Notes under the pieces: model-generated
What the model saw: the letters and a program-made list of their open reading frames with translations, nothing else
Database searches by the model: none
What the model was told of the DNA's origin: nothing
Position numbers and translations under genes: made by a program
In this document: one piece after another, positions 28,650-32,000 of the stretch
Numbering within the stretch: position 1 is the first letter of the stretch
Layout of the letters: the number at the start of each line of letters is the position of its first letter
Source: Trichodesmium erythraeum IMS101
GTDB lineage: Bacteria > Cyanobacteriota > Cyanobacteriia > Cyanobacteriales > Microcoleaceae
NCBI RefSeq assembly: GCF_000014265.1
Contig: NC_008312.1
Coordinates: 1,830,001 to 1,862,000, forward strand
Length of the DNA: 32,000 nucleotides
Reading direction: 5' to 3'

Positions 28650-28961
28650 ATTTCCTACTAAGCTCCTTAACTTCTCTAAAATGGTATATTGTGACGAATT
28701 ATTAAATCATTTTTACAGCTAGTCATTAAAGCTATCTAACACACCCTACTAGACCAACAAATCTCAAATTGTGCATGACTACGGATTAATAAATCCCTTT
28801 TTTAGTATGAATTTAAGCCCTCTAAAGCACCCTAAAAGTTTTGCTACAATAGCCCAAATTAAGCAAATTAATATGATTGCAGATTCAGACATATCTAGTA
28901 GTATCCCTAGCAGCCTAATTTCTGGCTGCCAGTATTGAGATTCTAGTCAGAATTAGACCAC

Positions 28962-30110
28962 CTACTTACCTGCCCACTCCTTAGCTAAAACATGTAATAA
29001 AGCCTTCAGCCCCATAATAAAAGGCGGTTCCACACGAATATCATCCGTTTCTCCCTTCATATTCAACAAAACATTTGTCAACTCCCTCTGGGTATTTCGC
29101 CAAAGAGTCTGGTTATAAGTAGATTCTGGTTCTGCCCCTGGCTCGTTCCCCAGTTCATAATCCTGTAGCGGGAGAATTTCCTCAATCTCCAACTCCTTCA
29201 AAGATACATGAAAATCATCTAGAAACGTTCTTAACTGTACTAAATCAGGAATTTTTAACTCCCGAATATTTCCCTCAAACTCCAAGCGTTCTCTCCAGTT
29301 GATGGGATTACCATTAATTTCACAATCCTCTCCTGCAATCAACGGATCTTTAGTTTTCCTCCCTAATCCTGTCAACTTAGTACGACCCAAGACCAAACCA
29401 CAAGCTACCTCGTCTTTTGGTCTCTGACTCAATCTCGTTTTTTCCAATATGCGATCATCAAATCCAGAGCCTTTAGTCAACATCTGACTCAGCAGCTCGT
29501 TAACTTCCGAAGAAGGAAGAAATTTACCCCTTTCAGCTAACCAGTTTAACAATCGAGAACCATTTCCGCCAATATAAACAGGAGTAATTTCGCGACTCTT
29601 GTATTTTTCCTCTTGTTCAAGAACTCCCAAGATTGTCCCCACATAGTAATACAATCCCCCCATACCAATTGCCATCAGCCGGAGCAAACCTTGAAACTTC
29701 GGATCGTCCTCTGCAAAATCCCTTTTATTCTTCAGCCACTTTTCACTTTCCAGGCGTAGAAATACATCCAGCTTGGCACTAAACTTGTCTTCAGTTAATC
29801 GATCCCAGTCTTTCAAATTCTGCTCGAATAGCTGGGAGAAAAAATTTGGATTCAATTCTAAAAAATTCGACAACAAATGACGACCAGCCAATAAAACCGA
29901 ACATTGATGAATGAGCTCGTTGTTGTACCAAACCGAAATATCTGAAGTTCCACCTCCCATATCAATACAAGTTGTTCGGATTAAATCATGTCTTTCCTGG
30001 TCTGCAAAATATTGAGCGATCGCCAAACTCTCAGTTTTGAATAAACCTACATCATCTGACTGCGGGCAAATGTGTGTAATTCCAGTTTGAGCTTGAAGTT
30101 CCTCCGTCAA
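28962..30110 (-). CDS. C-terminal two-thirds of the Hsp70/actin-fold (ASKHA) ATPase core; continuation of the upstream ORF after an in-frame TAG
   Basis: 382 aa from a TTG codon. TCIDMGGGTSDISVW is the phosphate-2 motif. VYIGGNGSRLLNWL is the adenosine motif. ESLAIAQYF occupies the position of EPTAAALAY. It lacks its own phosphate-1 motif, which lies in the upstream ORF. Confidence 0.7.
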   Translation of the reverse strand: MTEELQAQTGITHICPQSDDVGLFKTESLAIAQYFADQERHDLIRTTCIDMGGGTSDISVWYNNELIHQCSVLLAGRHLLSNFLELNPNFFSQLFEQNLKDWDRLTEDKFSAKLDVFLRLESEKWLKNKRDFAEDDPKFQGLLRLMAIGMGGLYYYVGTILGVLEQEEKYKSREITPVYIGGNGSRLLNWLAERGKFLPSSEVNELLSQMLTKGSGFDDRILEKTRLSQRPKDEVACGLVLGRTKLTGLGRKTKDPLIAGEDCEINGNPINWRERLEFEGNIRELKIPDLVQLRTFLDDFHVSLKELEIEEILPLQDYELGNEPGAEPESTYNQTLWRNTQRELTNVLLNMKGETDDIRVEPPFIMGLKALLHVLAKEWAGK

Positions 30111-30116
30111 ATCTTG

Positions 30117-32000
30117 CTAAGTCTTCGCATACCTATTTTTATCACGACGAGAAAAAGCCGTAGGATAGGAAATACACCACTGAATTTGTTTGACTCCTTC
30201 CTTGGCGGCAACCGCGCTTACATGTAAGGCTAAATGTTTCAAAAACAATTTGTTAGGATGGTAATTTTTCCACTTCAAGTCTGTTTCTATCCATCCCCTG
30301 AGCGGTTCAAACCTGTTGCGATCAGGAATATATATCCTGCCATCAATAATTGGGAAATCTAGGTTTTCCGTCTTATTTGGCTTCCCCCTAGTTGTCAGCA
30401 CGCTAGACAAGGGTAACGGTTTGTCAGTCGGGATAAAGCTTTCCGGGACAAAGTATTCAAACAATACAGGCCTGCGGGTTTCTGTCAAAACCTCCGTCAC
30501 CTTCAAGTGCAAATTTTCCAACTTCAATGGCTCCGATAAACCGTTACTATTGACATAGATATTGGTGAAAGAAGTGCCGAAATCTACCCCCACTTTCCAT
30601 CGTTCTCCCAGCCTAATTTTCTCTGGACTTTTCAGCAGAATCAAGCCAATGGGACTTCCAGAACTATCCTGACACTCAATGAAACTAGGAAATTCTTCTA
30701 GGTGAGTTATTTGATAAGCACCCCTACCATCTATAAAAGGATGACGATCTTTCGCTTCCGGTAGAAACACTTGAAAAGTATCCTCTCCAAATTCAGCATC
30801 GTAATAAAAAGCATAATAAGAGCGCCATCCATCCGCCAGGAAATTAGGCCATACTTCCAATACCGGAACTTCCGGCAAAGCATTTTTATCTTCTATGGGA
30901 TAATCTTTGGAAATCCGATAATTCTGAGGTTGCCGAGGGTCATCTTTCATCCCTGACAAAGGCAAGTCCAGGGTTACCCGCACTTGAGGTCCATCACTAC
31001 TATTTATTTGAGCAAACTCGACCTTAGCGATTAAATCTTCCGGAGTAAAATAGTCGAGAAGTATAGGATTGATAGGTATCAGGGGCGTAATACTTTTACC
31101 CTGAAAAATTAACTTCGTCCCCGGAGGTAGGAAAGCTCCCGGTAGAGCATCTTCTTGGTCTACAAACCGAAATTCTTCCATAAATAAATCCTTGGACTCC
31201 TTCCACTCAACATCTGGCCAAGTAATTTTCTTTTCACGCAAGTCTTGTATTTGTAGGGAAGCCAGAGTTTGCTCCTCGTGTATCCAAATATCTTGAGGCG
31301 GTTTTCCCCAAGCTGAAGAAATGTTCTGGTCAATAATCAATAGAGGTTTTACCTGCCCCTTATTCTTACTAGGAACTAAGCGAACCCAAGAAGACTGAGC
31401 CTCAGCTTTCACCGGACGATTAATACCTTCCAACACCCCTCGATTAATGGCCACACCAAAAAACTGAGGATTATTGCTCAAACTCAGGCCCTGGTCCATT
31501 GGGCGAGGCCCCAAACTATTTTGGAAGTCATCTAGCAATCCGCCGATCGCATCAATTGCCTCTGCTTGGCCCTCATAGGAAGTATCGCCTAAAATTCCCC
31601 GCAAATTTTCTAACCAGCGCCAGAGGAGAGCCTTCTCGCTGACATTGAGATGTGGTTGAGGAGACTCCAACTGACCCGTCAGTTTGTTCCACCAAGGCAA
31701 GCCATTCCATTTTCCTTCTTCAGAGGGGGCCACTATAGTACTAGGAGTAGTAAGACCCACAAGTATACCATACCACAGAAATATATAAATGTCTTGCCAG
31801 GGATTTTTGGTTTCTAAGGCATACAGGGCATTAACTGGATCCGGTAGCAGTTCGTATAGAGAACGGGCGAAAGGATTTTGGTCTTTTTCTAGCCCCAAGT
31901 CTAAAAATTGAGCAGTTATGGGAAAGCGGCGTACTTCTGCCAAAGCAACCGCCGCCAACATCCCCTGCCACTGTTGGACCATTTTATCTCGGATGGGATA
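30117..32000 (-). CDS. N-terminal extension plus the phosphate-1 part of the same Hsp70/actin-fold ATPase; 5-prime end probably outside the window
   Basis: The track ORF is 621 aa. RWKVGVDFGTSFTNIYV is the phosphate-1 motif (about 30570-30590). QWCISYPTAFS is the Hsp70 VITVPAYF equivalent. More than 460 preceding residues have no motif I recognise. The frame stays open (YPIRDK) from the listed Met at 31982 to position 32000. Confidence 0.7.
   Translation of the reverse strand, partial: YPIRDKMVQQWQGMLAAVALAEVRRFPITAQFLDLGLEKDQNPFARSLYELLPDPVNALYALETKNPWQDIYIFLWYGILVGLTTPSTIVAPSEEGKWNGLPWWNKLTGQLESPQPHLNVSEKALLWRWLENLRGILGDTSYEGQAEAIDAIGGLLDDFQNSLGPRPMDQGLSLSNNPQFFGVAINRGVLEGINRPVKAEAQSSWVRLVPSKNKGQVKPLLIIDQNISSAWGKPPQDIWIHEEQTLASLQIQDLREKKITWPDVEWKESKDLFMEEFRFVDQEDALPGAFLPPGTKLIFQGKSITPLIPINPILLDYFTPEDLIAKVEFAQINSSDGPQVRVTLDLPLSGMKDDPRQPQNYRISKDYPIEDKNALPEVPVLEVWPNFLADGWRSYYAFYYDAEFGEDTFQVFLPEAKDRHPFIDGRGAYQITHLEEFPSFIECQDSSGSPIGLILLKSPEKIRLGERWKVGVDFGTSFTNIYVNSNGLSEPLKLENLHLKVTEVLTETRRPVLFEYFVPESFIPTDKPLPLSSVLTTRGKPNKTENLDFPIIDGRIYIPDRNRFEPLRGWIETDLKWKNYHPNKLFLKHLALHVSAVAAKEGVKQIQWCISYPTAFSRRDKNRYAKT

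Noticed and set aside
1-32000. tRNA, rRNA or tmRNA genes
   Set aside because: Scanning by eye found no T-loop-like GGTTCGAATCC/GGTTCAAATCC motifs in a cloverleaf context, and no rRNA-like conserved blocks. This should be confirmed with tRNAscan-SE or Infernal.

Overview
The window is AT-rich cyanobacterial chromosome. The HIP1 octamer GCGATCGC recurs (near 253, 2950, 3948, 8953, 10188, 12228, 15825, 19368, 22443, 22861, 23688, 23761, 30017). It falls into two parts.

(1) Positions 1-19480 are unusually gene-poor. By ORF coordinates, only about 6.75 kb (about 35 percent) is intact coding sequence. The intact genes are a ComFB-domain gene fragment, an M23 peptidase, hfq divergent from dapF, cobA, mobA and a 987-aa M16C/PreP-like metalloprotease. 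The remainder consists of decayed IS630, IS4/IS5 and IS1 transposase genes, a decayed nuclease-like gene, TIR-bounded non-autonomous elements, and several tandem and dispersed repeats. Low GC, HIP1 and low coding density are consistent with a Trichodesmium-like filamentous cyanobacterium; this is inference only.

(2) Positions 19484-32000 hold a tightly packed, co-oriented minus-strand cluster that I cannot assign to any characterised system. It contains a giant Hsp70/actin-fold ATPase (more than 1000 aa, interrupted by one in-frame TAG, running off the window edge). Next come five tandem coiled-coil paralogs with variable front ends (zinc ribbon, or lipoprotein signal plus TM helix). All five carry the same uncharacterised module of about 105-115 aa, with six copies in total. 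The cluster ends with a vWA/MIDAS lipoprotein. It shows recent repeat expansion, paralog recombination and domain permutation, and two in-frame nonsense codons. No rRNA, tRNA or CRISPR array was recognised.
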